Source of the DNA: Myxococcota bacterium | Lineage (GTDB): Bacteria; Myxococcota_A; UBA9160; JAFDDA01 | Direction of reading: 5' to 3' | NCBI GenBank assembly: GCA_965228475.1 | Contig: OZ245817.1 | Location: forward strand, 3,520,001 to 3,584,000 | Length of the DNA stretch: 64,000 nucleotides | Shown here: piece after piece, positions 48,401 through 56,203 of the stretch | How positions within the stretch are numbered: position 1 is the stretch's first letter | Layout of the letters: each line of letters opens with the position of its first letter | Position numbers and translations under genes: made by a program | Notes under the pieces: generated by a model | Databases searched by the model: none | The model's input: only the letters and a program-made list of their open reading frames with translations | What the model was told of the DNA's origin: nothing

Positions 48401-48506
48401 CCTTGCTCGGAAAGTCCAGATAGAAGGCCACCCCTGCGGCCATCGACAGCGCCGTGAGCAGACCGACGAGCCGCTCGTTGTCGAGGGCGAAGCGAGTCAG
48501 ATTCAT
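45438..48506 (-). CDS. RND efflux transporter permease subunit
   Basis: 1022 aa; PG.SPERVE, VNDEFGD, LGLLVDNGIV, SRFQPVMMTT. Confidence 0.95.
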   Translation of the reverse strand: MNLTRFALDNERLVGLLTALSMAAGVAFYLDFPSKEDPEVTVREAVVTALYPGMSPERVEDLITRKLEKKIRLIPEVEHIQASSKAGMAIVHVIVSDRFFDMARIWQDLRNKMNDVREDLPEGTAGPFVNDEFGDVYVATVAITAAGFSMHELRDVARAARDEIYSLDGVKKVVLHGAQREQVYLETSDARLARYGISPIELERTLRDQNVILPGGSVDTGLLSVAIEPSGSFETVEDIENLLIRIPATGDVAYLKDLVRVNRAYVDPPETKAYFGGRPAVVLAVSMMKGGNVLEFGPRLRERVKRIEAGLPVGYQMEFATYQARYVAESVQGVALNVYETLGIVLVVVMVFLGVRTGLIVGTVVPMTMLLTIVIMRVLGIELQRVSLATLIIALGLLVDNGIVMAEEIGRRLREGEDRRDAAIAAGRSLAIPLLTSSITTILAFMPLALAPDDTGEYLRSMTIVIAVTLLCSWLLAVCVTPLLCVRWMQPEILTPEQIARAYEGRMFQIYRALLERVLRRPVSFVSAIGAALASSVVLLEEVPQQFMPNSPRSQFMIYVDLPAGYGFHATDAEVRRLLDWLGDEETNPEVASHVAYVGYGGPRFFVPLSPRDAAPNVAFVLVNTKSVEAVDALLDRTRRRMTEHHPVVFSRVKKFWLGTSETGLVKIRVSGQHRDRLAALGEDVRSALRAIPGTIDVHSDWENRVSKVRIRVDQPRARRAGVSSREVATSLNGYFSGEYVTDYREADRVIPVVFRAIDSERRNLDRVRSLNIYSEGRGADVGLLQVADFEARTQLSRIERRDLARTITISAKHAWLQAAQLEEELAPALERLSSELPLGYSLQLDGETKDANDANQALAAFVPHALAAMVVILVWQFNSFLKPAIVFITIPITFIGAIAGLWLTDSYLGFMATLGFLSLAGIIINNAIVLLETIQSEIDSGETPYDAVVFASVSRFQPVMMTTLTTVLGLIPLMVPADPLFSAMAVVISFGIGFGTLLTLLAVPALYALFFRVEFPARARV

Positions 48507-49609
48507 CGGAGCCGGCCTCCTGCCACCTGCTCCGGTTCGGCCCCGAACAGGGTGACGGGCTGATCGTCCGAGAGGAACTCGACGCCCGCGGCGGCCACGA
48601 TCATCCCCGCCTCGAGACCCTCGGAGACCTCGACCTGGTTGTTGCGCAGGCCGGATACCACGATCTCCGTCCGCTTCACCGTCCCCGTTGCCGCGTCGTA
48701 GACGAATACCGAGTAGGCGTCGTCCGCCTCTGCACGGAGCGCCGCCAGGGGTAGATGGACTCCCGACGAAGCGGCTCGCCGCCCCACGTAGACGAACTCG
48801 GCCTCTACGGTCATGCCCGGACGCATCTTCTCGGGGCGTTCGAGGAGTCGGATCTTCATCGGGAAGGCGTCGGCGATGCCAGCCCGGGAGCCGAGCTGGG
48901 AGATCCGGCCGGGGACCCGCTCTCCGGCGAGGGTGGGAAAGACGACCGTCACCGGGTCGCCCGCGGCGACGTAGAGGGCCACGGCCTCGGGAGCTGCGAG
49001 CGCCACTTCGTAGGAACGTTCGCTATCGAGCTCGAAGAGGGGCTCGCCCGCGGGGACTTCGACGAAGGCGTCCACCTTCTTCAGGGAGATGACGCCATCG
49101 AAAGGCGCGCGAAGGACCGCGTTGTTCAAGTCGCGCCGGGCGAGGCCCAGCTCGGCGCGAGCGGCCCGCGTGAGCCCCTCCGCATTCGCATGGGCCGCTC
49201 GCACGCGGTCGTAGGCGGACTGGCTGACGGCGCCGGCGTCCAACATCCGCTGGTATCGAGCGAACTCGGCCTGCTGGCGAATTCGCTCGGCCTCGGCCTG
49301 GCTCACGCGCGCCTGGGCCCGGTGCACGGCCAACTCGAACGGCTGCACGTCGAGTTCGGCGAGCACGTCGCCCTTCGAGACGCGGTCACCCAGGGAGGCC
49401 ACGACCCGCCGGACGCGGCCCGAGACTTCGAAGGAGAGCTGGCTCTCGACGGTGGGGCGCACCGTGCCGGAGATCCTGCGCTCCTCGGCGGCTCCTTCTT
49501 CCTGCACCCGCACCCACTTGATGGCCCGCAGGGGGATCTCGGGGGGCGGCGGTTCGGCGCCGCAGCCGACGACGGCCAACAGGCTGGCGAGAGCGATTCG
49601 TGACCTCAT
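48503..49609 (-). CDS. RND periplasmic adaptor (MFP) lipoprotein
   Basis: Lipobox VVGC; LSFEVSGRV, LRAPFDGVI, RPGMT; GGAGG RBS; ATGA overlap with the permease gene. Confidence 0.93.
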   Translation of the reverse strand: MRSRIALASLLAVVGCGAEPPPPEIPLRAIKWVRVQEEGAAEERRISGTVRPTVESQLSFEVSGRVRRVVASLGDRVSKGDVLAELDVQPFELAVHRAQARVSQAEAERIRQQAEFARYQRMLDAGAVSQSAYDRVRAAHANAEGLTRAARAELGLARRDLNNAVLRAPFDGVISLKKVDAFVEVPAGEPLFELDSERSYEVALAAPEAVALYVAAGDPVTVVFPTLAGERVPGRISQLGSRAGIADAFPMKIRLLERPEKMRPGMTVEAEFVYVGRRAASSGVHLPLAALRAEADDAYSVFVYDAATGTVKRTEIVVSGLRNNQVEVSEGLEAGMIVAAAGVEFLSDDQPVTLFGAEPEQVAGGRLR

Positions 49610-49629
49610 GAGAGCCTCCCTGTGGCTTG

Positions 49630-49659
49630 AAACGCCACATCGGGAGGGAAGTCCCGCAA
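49630..49659 (-). promoter_or_regulatory. Putative ECF promoter TTGCGGG-N17-GCGTTT (MFP-RND-kinase-ECF unit)
   Basis: Minus strand TTGCGGG ACTTCCCTCCCGATGTG GCGTTT, 20 nt before ATG. Confidence 0.8.
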
Positions 49660-49783
49660 CCCTGATCGGGGTCGCCCTCACGGAAGGCGCCCCCGGGGCG
49701 CGGCGGGGGCCCTGGGGGGCGCGGCAAGCTCGGGGACTCGCCTGCCAGGTGCGAGGGACGTCCGCCGGGAAGGCTCGACGCCG

Positions 49784-49813
49784 TTGCGGGGTTTTTCGCG
49801 AAAGGTGGCGTTT
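49784..49813 (+). promoter_or_regulatory. Putative ECF promoter TTGCGGG-N17-GCGTTT (secreted protein gene)
   Basis: TTGCGGG GTTTTTCGCGAAAGGTG GCGTTT, 28 nt before ATG. Confidence 0.8.
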
Positions 49814-49841
49814 CCCGGTGAGTGCCCATGAAGGAGACCCC

Positions 49842-50369
49842 ATGCGATCCCGAAGCCTCTTTGCCCTCGCCTCGCTCGGCACCCTCATCGCCGCAGGCCC
49901 CGCCGCGGCTGCCGGCTACGACCACGTCCTCTCCGTGGCCGCCGACCGCTCCCCGGTGACCCTCCGGGTCGGCCCCGGGGATACGATGACCTGGCTGAGC
50001 CTCCTCAAGCAGCCGGTCTGGGTGGAGCTGCGCCGCCAAGGTCGGCGAGATGCCTGCCCCGACGGTCGACGAGACGTCCGGATGCTCCTGCTTCCGGGTT
50101 CCTCGGTGAAGAGCTGCTGGCTGCACGAGGGCGTCTACGAGTACCGGGTGCTCGCTTCCGCCCCGAGGTCCGACGGTTGGGCGCGCACGAAAGCGATCGA
50201 ACTCCTGCTCGCCGACCACCCGCTGCGTCCCTTGGACGAGCAGGCCCGCGCAGAAGAACACGAGCGGGTCCGCGCGAGGCGCGAGGCGCGCGATCGTGCC
50301 GAGAGCCGGGACGCCGTGAGCTTCCGAAGAGCGGCGGTGGTCGGGACGTCGCTCCTCGGCACGCCCTAG
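49842..50369 (+). CDS. Secreted hypothetical protein (cupredoxin-like sequence pattern)
   Basis: AAGGAG RBS; signal peptide MRSRSLFALASLGTLIAAGPAAA; LRVGPGDTMTW..PG..GVYEYRV. Confidence 0.7.
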   Translation: MRSRSLFALASLGTLIAAGPAAAAGYDHVLSVAADRSPVTLRVGPGDTMTWLSLLKQPVWVELRRQGRRDACPDGRRDVRMLLLPGSSVKSCWLHEGVYEYRVLASAPRSDGWARTKAIELLLADHPLRPLDEQARAEEHERVRARREARDRAESRDAVSFRRAAVVGTSLLGTP

Positions 50370-50405
50370 GACGACGTGGCGACGGCCCGGGCGCGTGGAT
50401 GGAGG

Positions 50406-50425
50406 GTCCGGGCTCACGCCCGGAC
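50406..50425. terminator. Hairpin between convergent genes
   Basis: GTCCGGGC-TCAC-GCCCGGAC. Confidence 0.45.
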
Positions 50426-50433
50426 GTCGCAGA

Positions 50434-52032
50434 TCACGCGAGCGCGTCGGCCGCGAAGGCCTGGGCGCTCTTGTAGTCGGCCTTGCCGTTCGGCGCGCGG
50501 AACATCTTCGGCACGGCGAGCACCCGCTTCGGCACCTTGTACCCCGCGAGCTTCTCACGGACGAAGGCGCGCACGGCCTGCTCGTCGAGCGCGGGCGATT
50601 CGACGACCGCCGTCACCGCCTGCCCCCACTTCTCGTCGGGCAGGCCGAAGACGAGCGCGTCGTTCACCGAGGGGTGGAGCTTCAGGACTTCCTCGACCTC
50701 CTCCGCGTGGACCTTCTCGCCGGCCGTGTTGATGCAGGCGCTCCCGCGCCCGAGCAGGGTCAGCGTCCCGTCCGCCTCGACGGTGCACCAATCGCCGGGG
50801 ATCGAGTAGCGGACGCCGTTGATCCTCGGGAAGGTCTTCTCGGTCTTCTCCGGGTCCTTGTAGTAGCCGCTCGGGATCGGACCGCGGCGCGCGATGAAGC
50901 CGCGCTCCCCGCTGCCCGGCTCGACCTCGCGGTGATCTTCCGTGAAGACCTTGCAGTTCTCGCCGACCATGAACTTCGCCGTCTTCGTGCCGGCGGCCTT
51001 GCTCGAGACGGAGGCGCCGAAGCCGATCGCCTCCGAGGAACCGAACATGTCCGCGAGCAGCATGCCCGGATGGTGCTCGAGGAGCCCTTCCTTCACCTCG
51101 CGGCTCCACATCACGCCGGAGGAGATGATGATGCGCAGCGAGGAAAGATCGAAACGCCCGCGGTGCTCCTCGAGCGTGCGCAGCATCGGCTTCGCGAAGG
51201 CGTCGCCGACGATGATGATCGAGTTCGCGCGCTCGCGCTCGACGGTCTCGAAGAGCTCGACCGCGTCGAAGCCCGGCGCCGTCAGCGTGACGACGGAGCC
51301 GCCCCCGACGAGGTTGTTGATCGCCGTGAAGAGGCCCGTCCCGTGCATGAGCGGGCAGGCGACGATCTGGATCGAGCCCGGGCCCTGGCGGCCGACGTTC
51401 TCGACGTGGGTCTCGGGCTTCTCGGGGATCTGTCCGCCGTTCGCCGGGGAGTTCTTGCCGTAGCCGAGCGCGCCCCAGAGCGCCTGGTGCTCCCACATCA
51501 CGCCCTTGGGCATGCCGGTGGTCCCACCGGTGTAGATGAAGAGCATGTCGTCGCCGGCGCGTTCGATCTCGAGGGGCCTGCCGTCGCCCTCCTCCGCCCA
51601 GTCCTCGTAGGCGACCGCGAACGGCGCCGTCTCCCCGCCGACCTGGACCCAGGCGGCGACGCCCGGCAGGCGGTCCTTCACCGCCGCGACGCGGTCGGCG
51701 AAGTCCCCGTCGAAGAGGACGAACTTCGCGTCTGAGTTGTCGAAGATGTAGACGAGCTCGTCGTCGAGGTAGCGGAAGTTGACGTTCACGTGGACGAGGC
51801 GCGCCTTGAAGCACGCGCCGAGCGCTTCCATGTAGGCCGGGTCGTTTCGGAGGTAGAAGCCGACCTTGTCGCCGGGCTGGCCCCCGTTCGCGAGGAACGC
51901 CCGGGCCAGGTTGTTGCTCTTGCGGCCGTACTCCCCCCAGGTGACCCGGGCCTCGCCGTGCACGAGCGCCAGGGCGTCCGACGGCAGGACGCGCTCACAG
52001 CCGTCGAGCAGATCTCCGAAGTTCCAGGTCAT
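50434..52032 (-). CDS. Acyl-CoA synthetase (FadD19-like family)
   Basis: YTGGTTGMPKGVMW, PLMHGTG, LGRGSACINTAGEKV, NGKADY. Confidence 0.92.
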   Translation of the reverse strand: MTWNFGDLLDGCERVLPSDALALVHGEARVTWGEYGRKSNNLARAFLANGGQPGDKVGFYLRNDPAYMEALGACFKARLVHVNVNFRYLDDELVYIFDNSDAKFVLFDGDFADRVAAVKDRLPGVAAWVQVGGETAPFAVAYEDWAEEGDGRPLEIERAGDDMLFIYTGGTTGMPKGVMWEHQALWGALGYGKNSPANGGQIPEKPETHVENVGRQGPGSIQIVACPLMHGTGLFTAINNLVGGGSVVTLTAPGFDAVELFETVERERANSIIIVGDAFAKPMLRTLEEHRGRFDLSSLRIIISSGVMWSREVKEGLLEHHPGMLLADMFGSSEAIGFGASVSSKAAGTKTAKFMVGENCKVFTEDHREVEPGSGERGFIARRGPIPSGYYKDPEKTEKTFPRINGVRYSIPGDWCTVEADGTLTLLGRGSACINTAGEKVHAEEVEEVLKLHPSVNDALVFGLPDEKWGQAVTAVVESPALDEQAVRAFVREKLAGYKVPKRVLAVPKMFRAPNGKADYKSAQAFAADALA

Positions 52033-52127
52033 CGCCACTCCGCACGGGTCCGCCCCCCAGCCAGATCCCTGGCGGAGCACGATAGCAGGAGAAGGGTGGA
52101 GCGTTCGGGCCGCTGGCCCGAGGCGGC

Positions 52128-52751
52128 CTAGTCCTCGCGGCGACGGCGTGCGGCGGCGCCCGCCACGAGGAGCGTGCCGACGCCGTAGGCGGCGAAGGAG
52201 CTCACCTCGGGGATCGCCGGGCCGCCGCTTCCCTCGAGGCCGCGGGCCTCGGCGTCCACGATCAACGCGGCGAAGTCGACGCGGAAGTCACCGCGCTGGG
52301 CGATGATCTCGTAATCGAGCTGGCCGGTGCCGTCGATCGTCGCGTAGAGCGTGGCCGAGACGTCGATGCTCTCGATGCCGAAGTCGACCTCGATCGGGCC
52401 GGCGGCGCTCACGTCGTCGAGCTGGACGAGCATGTACTCGCGGCGCCAATCGAAGTCGTCGCGCACGCCGAGCAGGACCGAAGCGCCCACGGTGCGATGC
52501 GTGCCGACCTCGAAGCCGCCCTCGTCTTCGAGCGTGGTCGGCAGGAAGTTCCCCGGGAGCCACAACAGGAAGGAGTCGTCCTCGATGCCGGCGGCGGTGA
52601 TGTCGAAGGTGCCGCTGATCGAGGAATCGCCGCGCGCGGAGAGCCGCTCGCCGCCGAGTGCGTCGATGTCGGTGAACGTCGCGGCTTGGGCGGGGCCGGC
52701 CAGGGCAACGGTCGCAACGAGAGCGAAGAGGGCAGCGAATCGCATCAGCAT
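52128..52751 (-). CDS. Secreted protein with variant PEP-CTERM-like tail
   Basis: Signal peptide ending AQA; C-terminal IPEV + hydrophobic helix + RRRR. Confidence 0.78.
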   Translation of the reverse strand: MLMRFAALFALVATVALAGPAQAATFTDIDALGGERLSARGDSSISGTFDITAAGIEDDSFLLWLPGNFLPTTLEDEGGFEVGTHRTVGASVLLGVRDDFDWRREYMLVQLDDVSAAGPIEVDFGIESIDVSATLYATIDGTGQLDYEIIAQRGDFRVDFAALIVDAEARGLEGSGGPAIPEVSSFAAYGVGTLLVAGAAARRRRED

Positions 52752-52865
52752 CTCCGGTGGGCGCGGGCCCGGATCGAGTGTCCGGAATGGATATCACAAT
52801 TCGCGCGCCTGGCCCTGCAAACTTCCGAAAGAACAGAGTTTTCTCGGGCCCGGCGCCCCCGCGGG

Positions 52866-53993
52866 TCAGCTCGCCTGGCGGTCCAGAACGTCGCGCGCGA
52901 CGAGCTCTTCGAGATAGCGGGAGTCCCACCAGGTGATCTGGAGCTGCTTGGCCCGGCGGAAGTAGAGCTGGATGTCGTACTCGAGGGTGAAGCCGACCCC
53001 GCCCCAGACCTGCTGGCACATCGCCGTCACGTCCCTAAAGGTCTGACACGCAAAGAGTTTTGCCATCGGCGCCAGGCGCTCGATGGGTCGGCCCTCGGCG
53101 CGGGCCCAGGCCGCCTCGTAGACCAGGGCCTTGCCGCCGTCCACGTTCGTGGTGGCGTCGGCCAGGTAGTGCGAGATGGACTGGAAGGCCCCGAGGGGCT
53201 TGTCGAACTGGACCCGCTCCTTCGCGTACTCGACCGTCATCTCGACCGCCCGCTCGGCGCCGCCCATGGCCTGGGCCGCCAGCAGCACGATCCCGTCGAG
53301 CAGCACGGCGTGGATGCCGGCCCAGCCCGTGGCGATGCGGTCGCCCGCGCCGACCCGGACGCCCTCGAGCGCGACGTCGTACTGGGTGTCCGAGGCGAGG
53401 CTCCGCTGCTGGGTCAGGGTGACGCCGTCGGCGCGCGGATCGACGAGGAACGCGGCGATGTCCTCTTCGGCCTCCCCGGTTCGGGCGAAGACGAGCAGGC
53501 GCGCGGCGGCGCTCGCGTAGAGGACGTGGCGCTTGCGGCCGGTCAGCGTGAAGCCGTCGCCATCGGGTGCGGCTCGCAGGGCGATGCCCTCGGGCCCGAA
53601 GCCGCGCTCCGGCTCGAGCCACGCCGGCGTGAGGATGGCCTCGCCGGCGACGATCTTCGGAAGCCACTCGCTTTGCTGGGCGTCGGTCCCGGAACCGAGC
53701 AGCAGCCCCGCCGAGATCACCGAGGAGACGAAGTGCGGCGTCGGCGCGAGCGCGCGGCCGAACTCTTCGTAGACGAGGGCGGCCTCGAGCAGGGTCTGCT
53801 CGGCGCCACCGAAGCGCTCGGGAATGAGCAGGCCGTGCAGCCCGAGCTCGCCGAGCTGCTTCCACAGCGCGTCGGGGTAGCCCTTCGGGTCGTCCTCCAT
53901 CGCGCGCACGACGTCGATGGGAGAGAACTCTGCGCACACGCCGCGCACCATGTCGCGGATGCCTTGCTGCTCTTCGCTGAAATCGAGGTCCAT
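52866..53993 (-). CDS. Acyl-CoA dehydrogenase (beta-type partner subunit)
   Basis: MDLDFSEEQ, ER.QFDKPLGAFQ, QQVWGGVGFTLEYD.QLYFRRAK. Confidence 0.9.
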   Translation of the reverse strand: MDLDFSEEQQGIRDMVRGVCAEFSPIDVVRAMEDDPKGYPDALWKQLGELGLHGLLIPERFGGAEQTLLEAALVYEEFGRALAPTPHFVSSVISAGLLLGSGTDAQQSEWLPKIVAGEAILTPAWLEPERGFGPEGIALRAAPDGDGFTLTGRKRHVLYASAAARLLVFARTGEAEEDIAAFLVDPRADGVTLTQQRSLASDTQYDVALEGVRVGAGDRIATGWAGIHAVLLDGIVLLAAQAMGGAERAVEMTVEYAKERVQFDKPLGAFQSISHYLADATTNVDGGKALVYEAAWARAEGRPIERLAPMAKLFACQTFRDVTAMCQQVWGGVGFTLEYDIQLYFRRAKQLQITWWDSRYLEELVARDVLDRQAS

Positions 53994-54001
53994 GGGGTCT
54001 C

Positions 54002-54490
54002 CTAGAAGTCGCCGGGCTGCCAGTCGGCGCCGCGCCGCGCCCAGGGGTTGTCGTCTTCGCTCGTGGGGAGCGCGATGCGCGCCTTGCAATCGGTGACGGT
54101 GCGGTCGCCGACGGTCAGGCTCACGTCGACGTCGACCCAGCCGCAGCCGGCGTCGTCGGTGGACGTCCGCGTGACCTCCCCGCGGAAGACCATGCGGTCC
54201 TCCGGGAAGACCGAGGCCTTCATGCGGAAGCGGATCTTGCCGAGGCGGCCCTTCGGGCCGGTCCAATCGGTGAGGTACCGCTCGAACCAGGCTGCCTGGT
54301 TCGGCGTGTTCAGGAAGATGTCCTGCACGCCGTTGCGGTTCACGGCGAAGTCCTTGTCGTGGTGCATCGGGCGCCAGTCGCGCGTGGCGAGGGCGCCGAG
54401 CACGACGGTCGAGGCCGTCACGTCGTAGGCGAGCTCGGGGAGGGCCTCACCCTCCTTCACGGCTCCGAAGTCGCGGCTGTCCGCATTCAT
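54002..54490 (-). CDS. MaoC-like hot-dog hydratase subunit
   Basis: GALATRDWRPMHHD..A, DIFLN, WTGP.GR. Confidence 0.85.
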   Translation of the reverse strand: MNADSRDFGAVKEGEALPELAYDVTASTVVLGALATRDWRPMHHDKDFAVNRNGVQDIFLNTPNQAAWFERYLTDWTGPKGRLGKIRFRMKASVFPEDRMVFRGEVTRTSTDDAGCGWVDVDVSLTVGDRTVTDCKARIALPTSEDDNPWARRGADWQPGDF

Positions 54491-55002
54491 CACGAATCCC
54501 TCCGGTAGCCGAAGCCCGTATACGTTTCGGTGCCGACGTGGTCGCCGTCCTGGTTCTCGTAGACGACGTCGATCACCCAGAAGCGGCCGGTGCCGAGCTT
54601 CGTGGTCTTGGGCGCGCTCACCGAGCGCAGCACCTGGTGCGTCCGCAGCCGGTCGCCGGGCCGCACGGGATCGCCGAAGGTGATGGTGTTGTCGGTCATC
54701 ACGGCCTCGGGCAGCTCGAGGGTCGCCTTCAGGTCGAAGTGGACCTGGAGCGGCTGGGCCTGCTCGCTGCGTCCGGGCGCCCAGAAGTGCGGCCGGAACC
54801 AGACGGAGATCATGCTCGGCGGAGCGATGGGCCCGCCGGTGAGATCCGCCGCCACCTTCTCGTCCCAGTAGAGCGGGTTCCCGTTCTCGACGGACGCGCA
54901 GCTCGACCACACGTACCCCATCTCGACGGGGAACTCGCCCGTCTCCTCGTAGCGCTTCTTTCCGATCCAGCCTTCGACTTCGGCCGGCAGCTCGTCCGCC
55001 AT
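54490..55002 (-). CDS. MaoC-like (FAS1 N-terminal-type) hydratase subunit
   Basis: ENGNPLYWD, IAPPSMISVW, PVRPGDRL, KTTKLGTGRF. Confidence 0.85.
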   Translation of the reverse strand: MADELPAEVEGWIGKKRYEETGEFPVEMGYVWSSCASVENGNPLYWDEKVAADLTGGPIAPPSMISVWFRPHFWAPGRSEQAQPLQVHFDLKATLELPEAVMTDNTITFGDPVRPGDRLRTHQVLRSVSAPKTTKLGTGRFWVIDVVYENQDGDHVGTETYTGFGYRRDS

Positions 55003-55010
55003 GGTTCCCT

Positions 55011-56195
55011 CTACTCCACCACGCCGTCGGCGCGGAGCTTCTCGATTTCGTCTTCGCCGAGTCCCGCCTCGCGGAGGACGGCCTCGGTGTCGGTGTGGTC
55101 GGCCGGGGCGACTTCGTGCACCGGCAGGTCGCGGCGGGCGCCGGCGAGGACCGCGCCGGTCTGGCGGAACGTGCCGTGCTCGGCGTCGTGGGCCTCGGCG
55201 AAGGCGCCGCGCGCGGCGAAGTGCGGGTCGCTCGCGAGTTCCGCGACGTCGTAGACCGGTGCGACGCAGGTATCGGCGGGGGCGAGCTCGGCGACCCAGG
55301 CGTCGCGGTCCTTGCGGGCGAAGGCGGCCTCGAAGGCTTCGCGAAGCTCGTCCTGCTTCGCATCGTCGTACTGGTGCGCCGCGAAGGCTTCGCAGTCGAG
55401 GGCGCGGCAGAGGTTCGCGTAGAAGGCGGGCTCGATCGCGCCGATCGAGAGCCACTTCCCGTCCTTCGCACGGTAGACGTCGTACCAGGCGTAGCGGCCG
55501 AGAAGCACGTTGCTCCCGGGGCCGGGCTCCGCGCCCGTCGCGAGGTGTTCGTCGACGTGGAGGCCCATGAGCTGGAGGACGCCCTCGGCGACCGAGACGT
55601 CGAGGTACGCGCCCTCCCCCGTCGCCTTGCGCGCGTGGAGCGCCGCGAGGATGGCGATCGCGGCGTGCATCCCGCCGGCGGCGCTGTCGGCGACGGTGGC
55701 ACCCGGGATCGGCGCGCCGCCGTCGGCACGCGGCGTCGAGCAGTGGAGGAAGCCGCCCACGGCGAGGTAGTTCAGGTCGTGGCCGGCCCACTGGCTGTAG
55801 GGGCCGTCCTGGCCGTAGCCACTCGTCGAGCAGTAGACGAGGCCCGGGTTCGCAGCGTGCAGGGCGTCCCAGCCGAGGCCGAGCCGCGCGGCGACCCCGG
55901 GCCGGAAGCTCTCGACGAAGACGTCGGCCTGGCGCGCCATCGCGAGCAGCGCGTCGCGCCCCGCGGCCGCCTTCAGGTCGACCTGCACGCGCCGCAGGCC
56001 GCGCCCGGCGCCGTAGCTGAAGAACGGCGGCCGGATCTGCTTGCCGGCCTTCTTCGCGACGGGGCCGACCTTCACGACGTCCGCGCCGTAGTCCGCGAGG
56101 ATGCGCGTGCAGCGCGCCGCGGGCCCGACGCTCGCGAGGTCGAGCACGCGAACGCCGTCGAGCATTCCCGCCGGGATGTGATCGTCCGAGGCCAA
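55011..56195 (-). CDS. CaiB/BaiF family III CoA-transferase (AMACR-like)
   Basis: VRVLDL, ESFRPGV, GYGQDGP, GHDLNY, GAIEP.FY. Confidence 0.92.
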   Translation of the reverse strand: MASDDHIPAGMLDGVRVLDLASVGPAARCTRILADYGADVVKVGPVAKKAGKQIRPPFFSYGAGRGLRRVQVDLKAAAGRDALLAMARQADVFVESFRPGVAARLGLGWDALHAANPGLVYCSTSGYGQDGPYSQWAGHDLNYLAVGGFLHCSTPRADGGAPIPGATVADSAAGGMHAAIAILAALHARKATGEGAYLDVSVAEGVLQLMGLHVDEHLATGAEPGPGSNVLLGRYAWYDVYRAKDGKWLSIGAIEPAFYANLCRALDCEAFAAHQYDDAKQDELREAFEAAFARKDRDAWVAELAPADTCVAPVYDVAELASDPHFAARGAFAEAHDAEHGTFRQTGAVLAGARRDLPVHEVAPADHTDTEAVLREAGLGEDEIEKLRADGVVE

Positions 56196-56203
56196 CGCGC
56201 CGC

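Noticed and set aside
36656..50369. ECF/kinase block as a mobile element
   Set aside because: No integrase, transposase, tRNA target or flanking direct repeats seen. Codon usage looks slightly less GC-biased by eye, but this was not quantified.
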